NCBI GenBank assembly: GCA_020184695.1
Contig: JAANOX010000171.1
Span: 1-64,000, forward strand
Length of the DNA stretch: 64,000 bases
From: Histomonas meleagridis 2922-C6/04-290x
Taxonomy: Eukaryota; Protista; Parabasalia
Reading direction: 5' to 3'
In this document: positions 1-11,640 of the stretch, piece after piece
Numbering within the stretch: position 1 is the stretch's first letter
How the letters are laid out: each line of letters opens with the position of its first letter
The notes under the pieces: generated by a model
Seen by the model: the letters and a program-made list of their open reading frames with translations, nothing else
Databases searched by the model: none
What the model was told of the DNA's origin: nothing
Made by a program: the position numbers and the translations under genes

Positions 1-1759
1 AAGCGCGTAAAACACAACGATGAAAGAATCAAAATGATTGAATTGAAATCAAAATAATAATAATTTTTTTTAAGTGAACTATTTTAAATTTCCAAACATA
101 CACTGCGCTTGTACATTATGAAGCCATTGGTCTCTTCATGTAGTTTGACTTTTTTCATTTTGTTGAAATTAACTTATGAATTATGTTTTTGTACAAAACT
201 AAAATCACATAGAAATATCGTATCACATTGCAAGGGTTACTTTGAATTTAAAATCTCGCCCACGTAACACGCCTTACATCATTTTTGGGCAAAATTTGGA
301 TGGGGTGCCCTAATTTCCCAACTTTTTGAATGCAGATTCAATGTGAACGATCAAAATAGCGTGTGAGGATAGAAAATGGTCATTGAAAACATTATGGGAA
401 GGAAAAGATATGGCTGGAGACAAATCAAGGCAATAGTCATCGAGTATTGATGATGTTACTGTGTATATTCCGCTTGTCGAAGAAGATCTTAGTGGAAGTT
501 CTCGATGAAGTTCTTAAAGATATTAGGGAAAAAATCAATTCTAGAACTAATGTACAAATTCCACAATCACAACCAGAACAACCACATTTTAATCGGAATG
601 AGATAAGGATGGAATCTTACGATAGTGAAGATTTCGATAGATAAGTTGTGTGTTTAATATAATATGAGATTTATTATGGATACTAAAAATATAATAATAA
701 AAAGGGTATATGAAAAATTTCTCGAAGATAGTTTGTTATAAAACAAATTCATTTATATTTAATTTTCAACATGTTATGTTATCACCAAATTGATATTCGA
801 CACATACATATATATCTGAGTCCTATATTGAAATATAAAAATAAAAATTCATTATTTTTTAAAATATAATCCGATGACATAAAAGCATTTTATTGTGTTG
901 GTTATTATGTTTTAATTTTTATTATTTATTGCATGAATATTTTGGAAATTACAGCACTTTTACGATTATAAAATATTTTTATTTTTATATTTCAATAAAA
1001 TTTATTGGTATAATTTTTAAAACAACGATTCTAAGTTATGCTAAAAATAAATATCTAAAATAAACCAGGTCACCACTTTATATAATTTTATTCATCAATT
1101 TTTATGGGAGAAAAAAATGAAAAATTTGAATGAATTTTTTTTTCCTGGTGGGTTTCAGGTCCTCAAAATCAATACAATATAAAATATATCATAAATTAAT
1201 CATGAATGACTGGATAAATATCGATTAAAAAATATATCATGAGTTTATAAAATTTTATGATCTAAAATATAAATTATTGCATAGTTCATGGAATGCTTAC
1301 ATATGGAATGAAAAAGAAGAAAAAAAATCTGTTTTTTGGGAGTTGAAAGTACCTCTAGTATATAAAAAAAAATTATTCATGAAGTAATTATAACGATGTC
1401 AAAATATGTAAATATATATAAAATATTTGGGATTTTACATATTTTAAAAATTCTTGTGCTTGAATTTTTGTAATTACACCTAAAATTTAGTTTAATTTTA
1501 CCTAAACAATGATGTCATTATGCACTTGAAAGATTCATATGTGCATTTCTTTAACAAATGTTCTTATTAACTTAATTGAGATAAAAACTGAACAACGACG
1601 TTACTAGCTCAAATGAGAGGGAGAATATAATTAGTAAACAATACATTGGCTATTTAGTAAATTAAAACTGTTTTGATCATTTCACATCACATATCATTCC
1701 ATTTGATAGTTGGTCAAACAAAGTTAATCAAAATTTCACATAGTTAAGTATTATTCGCA

Positions 1760-2412
1760 ATGTTTGGGCCCGATTCATCAATGACTGAGCATACAGGAAC
1801 AACAATCTTAGCAATCCAATGTACTGATGGAGTTGTTATGGCAGCTGATTCACGTTCAACTATGGGACAATATGTTTCTTCACGCGCTTCTAACAAAATT
1901 ACACCACTTTCACCAACAGTATACATTGCCAGAACCGGAACTACAGCTCACACTCAAACACTTGGTAAGTATGCAAAATATGCATTAAATATAGTTAAAA
2001 TGAACACAGAAAGAGATGTTAATCATCCAGTTTCTATTGCCGCTCATCACCTCTCAAGGTTAATTCAAAATAACAAAGAAATGCTTAGTGCAGGATTTAT
2101 TTGTGCTGGATGTGATTCTGATGGTCCTGCAGTTTGGGAAATTTCTGTTAGTGGAATGGCTTTGAAGCGTAAATTTGCTGCTAACGGTAGTGGTAGCGCA
2201 TACATTACAGCTTATTGCGATGATAATTGTCAAGAAGATTTCACAATGGAACAAGCAACAGAATTTGCAATTTCGGCCGTCAACAATGCAATCGTCCGTG
2301 ATGGAGCCTCTGGCAGTTCGTCAATGTTGTTCAAATCAATTCAGAAGGTGCAAAAAGATTACTTGTTATGCCGAAAGACCAACCATTTGATTACAGGATA
2401 GTTAAAACATAA
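1760..2412 (+). CDS. PSMB6: 20S proteasome subunit beta type-1 (PSMB6/Pre3-like), with one apparent frameshift near 2315-2319
   Basis: Short propeptide, then TTILAIQCTDGVVMAADSRST (catalytic Thr1), GSGSAY and RDGASG. The conserved C-terminus VNVVQINSEGAKRLLVMPKDQPFDYRIVKT* continues in another frame to TAA at 2410-2412. Confidence 0.9.
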
Positions 2413-3378
2413 AAATTTTCAGTAAATCATTTTTTGGCATAATATTTATGCTAATTTTTAAAATTTTTGAAATATCTGATTTCAATTTTATGATTTTTAC
2501 CCAATAAACTTAAATAAAAAGTTAATAGTGCAAAATCAATTGTAAAGCACTGGGACTCAAATTAAATAATCAATTGATACTTAAGAGACATATCCAGATT
2601 GGATAATAATCTTTATATACTTTAAGATTTTCTTTTTCTAAGACAAACAAACAACTGAAGTATTTAAACCAATTCCATTTGTTTATGAAAAACTTTATTA
2701 CTTCATAAAGACATGTTTTAATAATTTCTGATGAACTCCAAAATTTAAGGTTAAATTTCAATGAAAAACAAATTTATCATTGATATTACATTTTCCGTGT
2801 ATATTATTTGATAAATGAAGCAAATTCCCACGTGATACAGGCCTTTATGTTCATAAAGTGATATAAACGATAGATTGCATTTTTTGTTGTCACTTTTTCC
2901 AATATGAAAAGTGTTGTTTGTTGTCTTTTGTGATCCAAATGATTATATTCCTCACATGAAATTTTGTATTTCTATGACATTCATTGATTAATAGATTCTA
3001 AATTTCATCAAAATAATAATGTTAACCTAATCACCGACAACATAGTACTATATGACAAAGGAAAAGCTGAGACAGATGTTTTTGAGCATAATCCCAATAA
3101 AAGAGCGCATATGTATTTACGAGTTTTAACAAGTAACCCATCATCATGAAAATATGTAATGATCAGTAAGGTTTTCATTGTTATACTCAAAGATATGTCT
3201 GTTAGCCACCAATATTTCTTGATTCATGATTAGATAGTTCTCTTTTATAGCAATTTTTAATTCATTTTCATGTTATTGTGGCCGAGCAAAGACAAAAGTG
3301 ACAGATAAATCAGATGATTTTTTGTGATCATAAAAAAGAATAAATATACAAAAATTAAAATTCTCTTCAATGTGTGTT

Positions 3379-3807
3379 TTAGTTGTAGTGTGCTCCACCA
3401 GCCTTGAAGAGACGAGCGTTGATTTCATCTTCGTCTAATTCGTCAAGGGAATCTGCATCGAATGAAATTGAGATTTGGTTGATGACCTTTTCAACATCAC
3501 CTCTATGGATGTTCATCTTGGCCTTGATGTTCATGCGTGTGCCTTTGGCGATGTATTTGATGAAGACAGATCCCGGAACGAACGGACATATCATCACCAG
3601 TTGTAACACGGAGGTAACCATAGCCGATGAACTTGTCATCGATGTTAGACTGAGTTCTTGGAAACCACCTTCACCCTTGCCAACAAGAGTCCAAACTGTT
3701 TGGTTAGTTCCTTCTTTGTATGTGATAAGCATCCAGTTGATTGGGGATTTGTCACTGCGGACTTCTTCGTAGGCTTGAAGGATTTCTGGATCAGAGCAAT
3801 CAGACAT
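3379..3807 (-). CDS. Coactosin-like ADF-H actin-binding protein
   Basis: MSDCSDPEILQAYEEVRSDKSPINWML...KAKMNIHRGDVEKVI...ARLFKAGGAHY. The family motif GYGYLRVTTGDDMSVRS is in an alternative frame between two compensating indels (about 3653 and 3570). ATG at 3807. Confidence 0.85.
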   Translation of the reverse strand: MSDCSDPEILQAYEEVRSDKSPINWMLITYKEGTNQTVWTLVGKGEGGFQELSLTSMTSSSAMVTSVLQLVMICPFVPGSVFIKYIAKGTRMNIKAKMNIHRGDVEKVINQISISFDADSLDELDEDEINARLFKAGGAHYN

Positions 3808-4365
3808 GATTGAAAAGTGAACTGTTCGACCGGCTTTGCGGTTTTGATAACACTGAACGGACAAATGATATTGGACAATTGTGTACTATGTTCTGTCAAC
3901 TTCTGAAAAAGTGGAATCACGATACACAAAAGTTGTGTAAACTATTGAAGTGGAAGTAAAGTTACTAAAATAAAAAAGAACCATTTATTGAGCGAAGATT
4001 ATTATCATTTTATGATTATGAGGAAAATTAAGGAAGAAATATGTTCAATGAATATTTCAAAACCCATTTTATTAAAAAATTAATTGATATGTTCGTTTTT
4101 TTGGAATTTTAGATCGAAAAAGAAGAATTATTCACCTTGTCAATTGTCTTTTCTATCAATATTTTGTGCCATGTCTAATTTTGAATGCTTTTTATATTAT
4201 TTATTTCGTTTTTTCTTTTCGTTTTTTTCCCTGTTAAAAATTAAAATAAGCTTTTTATTCATGAGAATTATTTCAAGAAATTCATTTTATTAATGTCAAA
4301 AATATAAAAAGATGTTAAAATTAAACATTTTCATAATAACAACGATTTGTTAAAGTTATTAAAAT

Positions 4366-5205
4366 TTACTGAGTAACTGGTGTTTCAATCTGAATTGGAG
4401 CTTCTATTGGTTGCTTACCTCCATAAGACCTAATAAACAATAAAGGAACTAATCCTTGAATTAATCCGACAAAGAGAATGCTGTATGTTTGCCCTGTTTT
4501 AGGTTTTGTTTGTATACCGGACTGTGAATTAAGAGTCTTTATTGTCCAATAAAAAGCTGCTACGACCGAATATGCTGTTATTATGTAAAGAACAACTTTA
4601 TTCCAACAAAACAAGGTACAGAGGGAGATGTGAACAGAAACAGAGCAGAGATCTGCAAAAAGCGAGAAAATTGTGAAAGTTCCTTGGAATCCAACAATGT
4701 AAAATAGGAATTTTGATAAAACAACTTGAAGTACAACAATAATAAAGAACTTACAGAAGGTGTATGTAACGCGCTCAAACGAGAATGTATCTTGAATAAT
4801 ATTTGCCAATGAAATTATAAGAATGAAAAAGAAAGCAAAAACAAGTGGTGTATATAGATCTGGTGCATTAGGGTTAGAAGTTGGAGTAGCTTGTCCTCCT
4901 TCATGCCCAGAACGACTCCAGTTTTTAACAATAAATGGGCATAGAAGTGATTTCAACTTTTGAAGAACTGATTTCGTGTTTACAGCAAATAACGGACGTA
5001 TTTTAGATTGTGTTTGTGCAATATTTTCTCTCATTTCTTTTCCATACTTTCCAATTTCAGAATTGATAATTGCAGCTGCTGGATTTTGTGCCATACTTAA
5101 GTAGTTTTGAGGGTTAAGAAGTGTAAAATTACCAAGTTCGGATGGAGGGCTTTGTGGTTCGGATGAATTAGGATCATTGTCATATTGCTCTGGATCAGAT
5201 ATCAT
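4366..5205 (-). CDS. YIF1: YIF1/Yip1-family ER-Golgi membrane protein
   Basis: FAVNTKSVLQKLKSLLCPF and NAPDLYTPL motifs followed by about five hydrophobic segments. First ATG at 5205. Confidence 0.8.
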   Translation of the reverse strand: MISDPEQYDNDPNSSEPQSPPSELGNFTLLNPQNYLSMAQNPAAAIINSEIGKYGKEMRENIAQTQSKIRPLFAVNTKSVLQKLKSLLCPFIVKNWSRSGHEGGQATPTSNPNAPDLYTPLVFAFFFILIISLANIIQDTFSFERVTYTFCKFFIIVVLQVVLSKFLFYIVGFQGTFTIFSLFADLCSVSVHISLCTLFCWNKVVLYIITAYSVVAAFYWTIKTLNSQSGIQTKPKTGQTYSILFVGLIQGLVPLLFIRSYGGKQPIEAPIQIETPVTQ

Positions 5206-5566
5206 TGGTAATTTTGGGCTGTTGATGAAAAGTGGCAATGAAATGTTACATAAAAAACTTTTTCATCAAATCAACCACATCTTATCCAATGATATCAATT
5301 TTATTAACGAATTAAAATTCTTGCAATAAATCAATAAAAGAAATTTGTTTTGATTTTTACTTAAAAGTGAATTCTATTTTAAAATTAATTATTAATCATA
5401 ATTTTTTATCATAAAATTCACCTTAAAAAAACTCTATAGTATTTGCACCCAATTCCTAAAAAGTCAATATCTCTGTTTTAGAATGTACTTAGTTGGAAGA
5501 CAGGGATTTTGATTTAAGATTTCGTAAACGGCCGTTTTCATATTTCGGTTTCTGATCGGATTATTT

Positions 5567-6247
5567 ATGGATACAACTTCAGTAAACGTTGGTTGTGGGC
5601 TAATCGCTACAGCACCTGTTGTTGCTGTTCATTGCGTCCTTATCTCGAAATATCGGTTTATTTTAATTGGTTGGTTTTCATCATTTATTTCTACAATTCT
5701 TCTGATTTTTTGTTCTTTATCAGCACTGTTTACAAATAACCCGTGGTATATCTTATTGTTTTCAATTCCTATTGACAATATTGGGAAACCAATTCTGAAG
5801 TATTTTGGATATAAACAACAATTTTTAGCTTCACCAAATGATCACTCATCTCTAGGACTAGCAATGGGAATGGGATATGCATTAGCGCATGTTCTTATAT
5901 TATATCTTCCAATGGTTTTCAACCAACCATTTTCTTTAGAGTTTGATGTTGATCATCCAAAATATCTTCCTAATTCTCTCGACTTAGCACTTTCCAATCA
6001 TGCTATGTCAATCTTTCATATGGCTACAGGTATTTTATATTTCAGATTTTCAGAATGGAACATCTTCTTAATGTACGGCATTTGCACTGTTGCACAGTTT
6101 GTCATTGCCGCAGTGACACAAATCAGAATTCTTTGGCTTAAGTTTATTCTTTTATTTGGAGCTAGTTACGGTTTATTCTTTTTCGCCATTTATTCACTCA
6201 GATCAATGAAATATACAAAACTTGAAGAAAAAGATCACGATGAATAA
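5567..6247 (+). CDS. APH1: APH-1-like gamma-secretase subunit (multi-pass membrane protein)
   Basis: N-terminal GCGLIATAP resembles APH-1 GCAFIAFGP. GxxxG-type LGLAMGMG segment, about 7 hydrophobic helices, conserved-like His in NHAMS/FHMA. Confidence 0.6.
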   Translation: MDTTSVNVGCGLIATAPVVAVHCVLISKYRFILIGWFSSFISTILLIFCSLSALFTNNPWYILLFSIPIDNIGKPILKYFGYKQQFLASPNDHSSLGLAMGMGYALAHVLILYLPMVFNQPFSLEFDVDHPKYLPNSLDLALSNHAMSIFHMATGILYFRFSEWNIFLMYGICTVAQFVIAAVTQIRILWLKFILLFGASYGLFFFAIYSLRSMKYTKLEEKDHDE

Positions 6248-6427
6248 TTATAAATAAATTTATTTTTGTTTAATTTTTTTAAATTATCAAATTACTTCAT
6301 AAATCAAAAAGTATTTCCAATACCAAAGACATTTACTTTTATTATTTTGCTTTGTAAATTTAGTGTTTTAAGATAAAAATCGGAAATTGCTCTGATTATT
6401 TAGTTGATAAAAACAAAATTTAATGTA

Positions 6428-7579
6428 TCATTTCTGAATTGGTTTTCTCTTAGGCAAGTTGACTTGCCCAAGCACAGGCGGCTTTTTCAAATCCGGTCTC
6501 TGAACATCTTGTTGTTCTACTTCTGGATTATCAAGCGAATAAACGGCCGCTGAGACCGTTTTTTCTATCGTCTCTTCTCTGCCGTCCCAAATAACCGTAT
6601 TTTTCGCAGGCTCTGGGGTGCCCCTAGCAAATTGTGCTAAGTTTCTTGCGATTTCATCGCCTTGTGCCAAAGAAGAATTCTGATTCTGTTTTCTCTCTTT
6701 CATTGTTGCTAGTTCCTTTTGATACTGTGGGTGCTGTAGTTCAAACCTTAAATGATCTCCAAACTCTTCGACACTAACTTTTTGTCCTGTGATTGGAGAA
6801 ATCTGTTCAATTTTTCCTTGCTTACGAAGAGTTCTTTGAACAACGGGGCCCTCTGGAACTTCTTGCTTTTGTGGTTGGTCATCATCGTAGTTTATTGTGC
6901 CTAAAACGTGAAATTCATCCCAATCAAATGCATCAGCAGATTCATCTTTTTTAGCTTCAAGCGCTTCTTTCTTTTTCTGTTCAATTGTCATTTTTTGGTG
7001 TTCAGTTTCAGCATCGATATTTGACTTTACATTGAGAAATGAAGCTGATTCTTGATCTAATCTTCGTCGAATTTGATTTGATGGGTCAATAGCAAGTTTA
7101 TATTGCTCATAGAGCCCAGTAAAGAATCTAAAGTATGGCTGATTTGGCTTGAGAAAATTAAATAAAGGTGATTCTGATTCTCTCATTGCAATCGCTTGGA
7201 GAAAATCTTGTCCATAAAGTGCCGAATATTGAGCAACAAGATGAATTACGTCGAGTTGTAAACCGCCTATTTCAGTCGGTTGTTTATAAGTAAAAGATGG
7301 CTGTATTATTTTTGGAATTGGTTTTGGTGCTTGAGCGATTGGAGTAATTGGTTCCATTGCTGATGCTGCGGCTTTTTTGGCACCACTTTTAGCTTCTTCT
7401 AATTTCATCTGAAAGTATGGATAAAATGGATCTTCTGGAATAAGGAAAGAAAACTTTGGATTCCCTTTTTTCTCCTCACGAAGTCTTGTCTCAAGTTTTT
7501 CTCCAAACTTTGCGATATAGTCTGCTATTTTTTCGATTGTTTTACATACAGCTTTTGGTGGGATGATTAGGTCGCTCAT
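6428..7579 (-). CDS. SF3A1: Splicing factor 3A subunit 1 (Prp21/SAP114)
   Basis: Two SURP/SWAP motifs (IIPPKAVCKTIEKIADYIAK...NPKFSFL; LDVIHLVAQYSALYG...FNFLKP), DWDEF, and ISPITGQKV...GDHLRFEL. Confidence 0.9.
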   Translation of the reverse strand: MSDLIIPPKAVCKTIEKIADYIAKFGEKLETRLREEKKGNPKFSFLIPEDPFYPYFQMKLEEAKSGAKKAAASAMEPITPIAQAPKPIPKIIQPSFTYKQPTEIGGLQLDVIHLVAQYSALYGQDFLQAIAMRESESPLFNFLKPNQPYFRFFTGLYEQYKLAIDPSNQIRRRLDQESASFLNVKSNIDAETEHQKMTIEQKKKEALEAKKDESADAFDWDEFHVLGTINYDDDQPQKQEVPEGPVVQRTLRKQGKIEQISPITGQKVSVEEFGDHLRFELQHPQYQKELATMKERKQNQNSSLAQGDEIARNLAQFARGTPEPAKNTVIWDGREETIEKTVSAAVYSLDNPEVEQQDVQRPDLKKPPVLGQVNLPKRKPIQK

Positions 7580-9044
7580 GCCTGAATAGACGAGTCACTT
7601 TTTTATAATACACCTATCGTCCTGTTTCGAACAATTATAATCGAAATTGCTGGTTTGACTGTTGGTTATTTAAATTATTATTGTAACAATTATATTGGAA
7701 ATTATTGGGTCTGCATCTAATTTTATTATATTCTCATTTATTAAAAAGTAATTATAAATGTGAGAGATAAAGTGATAATTTATATTTGATCATTTTCTTA
7801 TTACCATTTATGATCAAATCTGAATCAATAATTATTAATAATTCAAACGATATGAATTTTTTTCCTTATCTATAACGAAATTAACCGTTAATACCAATCA
7901 ATAAATTGTTAACTAAGTTAACTTAACTTATAATTACAGGAAAATATTTAATGACTCAAGGAATACTTAAAAATTATTTCATAATTAAAGATATTCACAA
8001 AGACATTAGTTATATGAATGCTTTATATATAAAATAATATTTATTGCATTTATCTAGAGCAGACCTTATTATAGCTGATAAATGTAAAATATTATATATA
8101 TATATATATATTATTAAAGTTCAATCAACAAAGATCGCTGAAATTTTTTTTTACATTAAGTAATAAAAAAATTTAATATTTGATAACAATGAATACCAAG
8201 CTAAATATAACTTTAATTGAGAAACCAATTCGCATTTTCAGAGAAAGCATATGTCCTTATATCCCATTTTTGGGAGGTTACATAATAATTTCTCATCATT
8301 GATGAGGAAAATGTTTTTTGATAAAAAGGTACCACCAGGTAACTGAGAAAGCCTCCTTAAATAGAATTTTTAAAACAAAAAATTCAAACATTAAATAAAA
8401 ACCAAGGTAGCACACTTTGATTCAGAGTATTTAAATGACAGTATTCTATAATAATATCATTTCAACATTAATGTTTTATAGAACAAAAATATTTTTTGAA
8501 TGCTTGCATTGTATCAGATGTACTATTGATAGGAAATGAACATTAATATACGGACGATATCTCATACGATATCTTCAAAGAAATTTGACTGTTTTATACA
8601 ATAAAACGGAAAGTGCCAATGAATATCATTAATCTCACAAAATATTCTATGAGATTTATCATTTACAAAATTTAAATCAAAATTCAAACACTTTTATGTA
8701 ACACACAGAAAATTTGGTGTAAAACATCACATCACCAAAATTTTCACCGCTTTTCAATGTTGCCAACGGCTCCCAAATTGTTTGCTATATTTAACCGTTT
8801 TCTCCAGGAGATAATGGATAATTTTCTTGATTCGCTTTTCACTTTAATTTTCCACTTAATGAATTTCAAAATGCGATCTCTTTATGAAAGCTAACCAAGC
8901 GGTACAGTTTTGCAATCGGTCAACAAAAAATTTGAAGAGGAGAGAAGAAGAGTACATTTTATGTTGGTCCAATTATTTTTTCAAAATTCATTTCAAAAAT
9001 TGAACGCTTGCACTTTTTGAATTGACAAAACTTTTTTCTTATCG

Positions 9045-9049
9045 TCACT
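9045..9049 (+). promoter_or_regulatory. Parabasalid initiator (Inr) TCACT
   Basis: TCACT ends 6 nt before the ATG at 9056. Similar TCATT/TCACT elements precede ATGs at 18301 and 32366. Confidence 0.6.
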
Positions 9050-9055
9050 TTCTTT

Positions 9056-10153
9056 ATGTCAAGCAAACCAAAGGTTATCATCCTTGGTGGTACTGGATTT
9101 GTCGGCCGTCACATGGTTCGCTATCTTATTGAGAATGACCTCGCTTCCTTGATCAGGGTTTGCGATAAAAATCGTCCTGAAATGTCCTGGTTTACTGAAC
9201 CAGACTTCCAACTCTTTAAGAACCCTATTGTTGAATACAAGATGTCAAACTTAGTAAATGAGCAATCTGTTGAGAAAGCATTCGCTTTAGACAACAACCA
9301 ACAATTTGATATTGTCATCAACCTCGCAACAACAGGAGGCTATGGTAAGGACGCTGAATTCTATGAACAAAAGATCCTCAGGGTTGCCACTGTTTGCGGT
9401 GCTGAAGCCAAGAAACGTAACATTCCAAAATGGATTGAAGTTTCAACAGGTCAAGTTTACGCCAGCTCAAGCAAGCCATCAACAGAAACTTCTCATCTTA
9501 AGCCATGGACAGCCCTTGCAGCCTCCAAACTCCAAGCAGAAAAAGTATTATTAGATATGGGATTCCCATGCTGTATTATTCTCCGTCCAGCAACCATCTA
9601 CGGCCCTGGTGATATCACTGGCCTCATGCCACGTATAGTTATTGGCGCTGTTTACAAACATGCGAATAAGAAGATGAAGCTTTTGTGGACTTCTTCCTTA
9701 GAAGTCAACACTGTTCATGTTGTTGATGTTTGCGCCGCCATTTGGTTCCTTGTTGAACATGGAAAGCCTGGTGAAATCTACAACATTGTTGATAAAAACA
9801 AGACTGATCAAGGTAAGATCAATGAGCTTGTTGGAAAGATATTTGGAATCAAGACTGGATTTGTTGGCTCTGTCATGAGCAACTTTGCTAAGGTTAACTT
9901 CAAATCAATCATCGAACAAGTCAATGATGACCACATGCAACCATGGGGTGAAATAACCCAAAAGAACAACATCGACAGGACACCATTGTCTCCATTCCTT
10001 GACCCCGAATTGCTCACCAACTCGCCGCTCTCGATTGATGGATCCAAATTGGAAAGTTTGGGTTATCAAATAAAAGTGCCAGCTCCAACCGTCGAAAATC
10101 TCCGCGAATCAATTGATTACTGGATTGCCCAAAAGGCATTCCCACCTCTTTAA
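9056..10153 (+). CDS. NAD-dependent epimerase/dehydratase (extended SDR)
   Basis: Rossmann GGTGFVG, EVSTGQVY, LRPATIYGPGD and HVVDVC. The catalytic YxxxK reads LAASK (Tyr absent). Confidence 0.85.
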   Translation: MSSKPKVIILGGTGFVGRHMVRYLIENDLASLIRVCDKNRPEMSWFTEPDFQLFKNPIVEYKMSNLVNEQSVEKAFALDNNQQFDIVINLATTGGYGKDAEFYEQKILRVATVCGAEAKKRNIPKWIEVSTGQVYASSSKPSTETSHLKPWTALAASKLQAEKVLLDMGFPCCIILRPATIYGPGDITGLMPRIVIGAVYKHANKKMKLLWTSSLEVNTVHVVDVCAAIWFLVEHGKPGEIYNIVDKNKTDQGKINELVGKIFGIKTGFVGSVMSNFAKVNFKSIIEQVNDDHMQPWGEITQKNNIDRTPLSPFLDPELLTNSPLSIDGSKLESLGYQIKVPAPTVENLRESIDYWIAQKAFPPL

Positions 10154-10589
10154 GTAAACATACTTGAGTGGGACTTTTTTTGGAAAAATTAATGAAATGT
10201 TTGAGAAATGTGTAATACATTAAGTAGTTGTAATTATTTAAATAGAAGCGAGAATTGAAACACTTAAATCCAGCATTTTATTAACATATGATCTTTAACT
10301 TTATTATGCAATTTTAAATTTTTTGTTATTATTTACAGACTATTATATATAATCAATGATTAAGTATTTAGCTATTAATTAAATAAATAATTTTATTTCA
10401 TAATTATTAATCTTGGTTTATTTTTTCTGTGGTTTATCAATATAATCTCTTGTGGAATATAACCTTACAGAGGTAGTTGTAAGTCAAAAAATCATTGAAA
10501 TTATCATCAAAAATTCATCTTTATTTTGGTAATTCTAACAGCAATATATGCTTCATTTCCATTTCTTATTGAAAATGAAGATTTAATGT

Positions 10590-10815
10590 TTATTGAAGAA
10601 GACAATTAGAATTTTCTTTTGAACTTTTTTCTCTAAGTAAATTTACAATTTCTTTGTAACCTTTTTGTTGTGTAATTTGAATTGTTGCATCAAATTATTA
10701 AAACATATATAAAATTATTCAAATGAATAGTTTTTGCATTAACATCAATTCCTTTATCTAAAAGTAATTTTACTATTTCTATATTATTATTCTTCACTGC
10801 TATATGAAGTGCTGT
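10590..10815 (-). pseudogene. 5'-truncated ankyrin-repeat gene relic ending in CaaX (CLLQ*)
   Basis: TALHIAVKNNNIEIVKLLLDKGIDVNAKT (10815-10729), a 40-nt insert of two 20-nt units, then ATIQITQQKGYKEIVNLL...NCLLQ* (10688-10590). No upstream exon found. Confidence 0.7.
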
Positions 10816-10955
10816 TTCAAATTATTAAAACATATTCTAAATTATTAAAACATATTACAAATTATTAAAACATATTTCAAATTATTTAAACATATTCTAA
10901 ATTATTAAAACATATTTCAAATTATTTAAACATATTCTAAATTGTTAAAACATAT
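10816..10955 (-). repeat. Tandem array of seven 20-nt units (minus-strand consensus ATATGTTTTAATAATTT-NNN)
   Basis: Seven near-identical units ending exactly at the ACA (Thr) codon of the ankyrin relic. Confidence 0.95.
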
Positions 10956-10994
10956 TCTATTTGTTAGTCATAATTCAATCACATCTATTAAATA

Positions 10995-11350
10995 AATGCT
11001 TTTTCTCGCAGTTATAACTTGGAATCTATTATCATCGGAGAAAATGTTACGTTCATTGAAATGAGTGCGTTTAGTGGTTGTAATTCTCTTAAATGTGTTT
11101 GTTTTAATGGGAAAATTTGCCGAATGTTGAGGCAACTGCATTTACTGGTGCTGCAGTAGTTATGACAACTGTAACATAGCAATGCACAAAATTTGGAAAA
11201 TTAAATGTTTCTAAAGGAATAAAAATCGAAGGCTGTCTTCCATTTAGCAAGTCAAATCTATTTACATGTAGTAACAAATTTGCTCGATCAAATACATTTT
11301 CAAAGTCAAATCCATTCACACGTAGTAACAAATTTACTCTATCAAATTTT
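10995..11350 (+). pseudogene. BspA-like LRR surface-protein 3' relic with FSxSNxF stalk repeats
   Basis: NAFSRSYNLESIIIGENVTFIEMSAFSGCNSLKCVCFNGK, a frameshift, an internal stop, then ...KFGKLNV...FSKSNLFTCSNKFARSNTFSKSNPFTRSNKF. No start codon. Confidence 0.7.
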
Positions 11351-11640
11351 CTAATTTCTAATTTTCACATTTACTTAGTCAAATCCTTATGTCCAAAGCA
11401 ATATTTTCATGATTTCACGCATATGTACGAATTCGATAATTTATATGAAATCAAATACAAATATTGATTTTAGTTCAAAAACATTGAACTTGAGAATGTT
11501 CAAAAGTTGTTTATATGAAAATGTTATTAAATTTTTTTGATATCAATAAAATTAAATAATTGTTTCATATGTTTTCATCTTTTTCTGCTCAATAAATGTT
11601 TTAAATTCATGGAAAATATAATATATATAAAACAAGTTCT

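Noticed and set aside
300-644. Possible DDE transposase C-terminal relic (RVRIENG...)
   Set aside because: The similarity is too short and interrupted by stops, and no terminal repeats were identified.
2315-2319. Programmed frameshift in proteasome beta1
   Set aside because: No slippery site or 17-nt spacer. One missing base in an essential gene is best explained as an assembly error.
3568-3653. Dual-frame coding or editing in coactosin
   Set aside because: Two compensating indels hide the conserved GYGYLRVTTGD motif. Sequencing error is more parsimonious; check reads.
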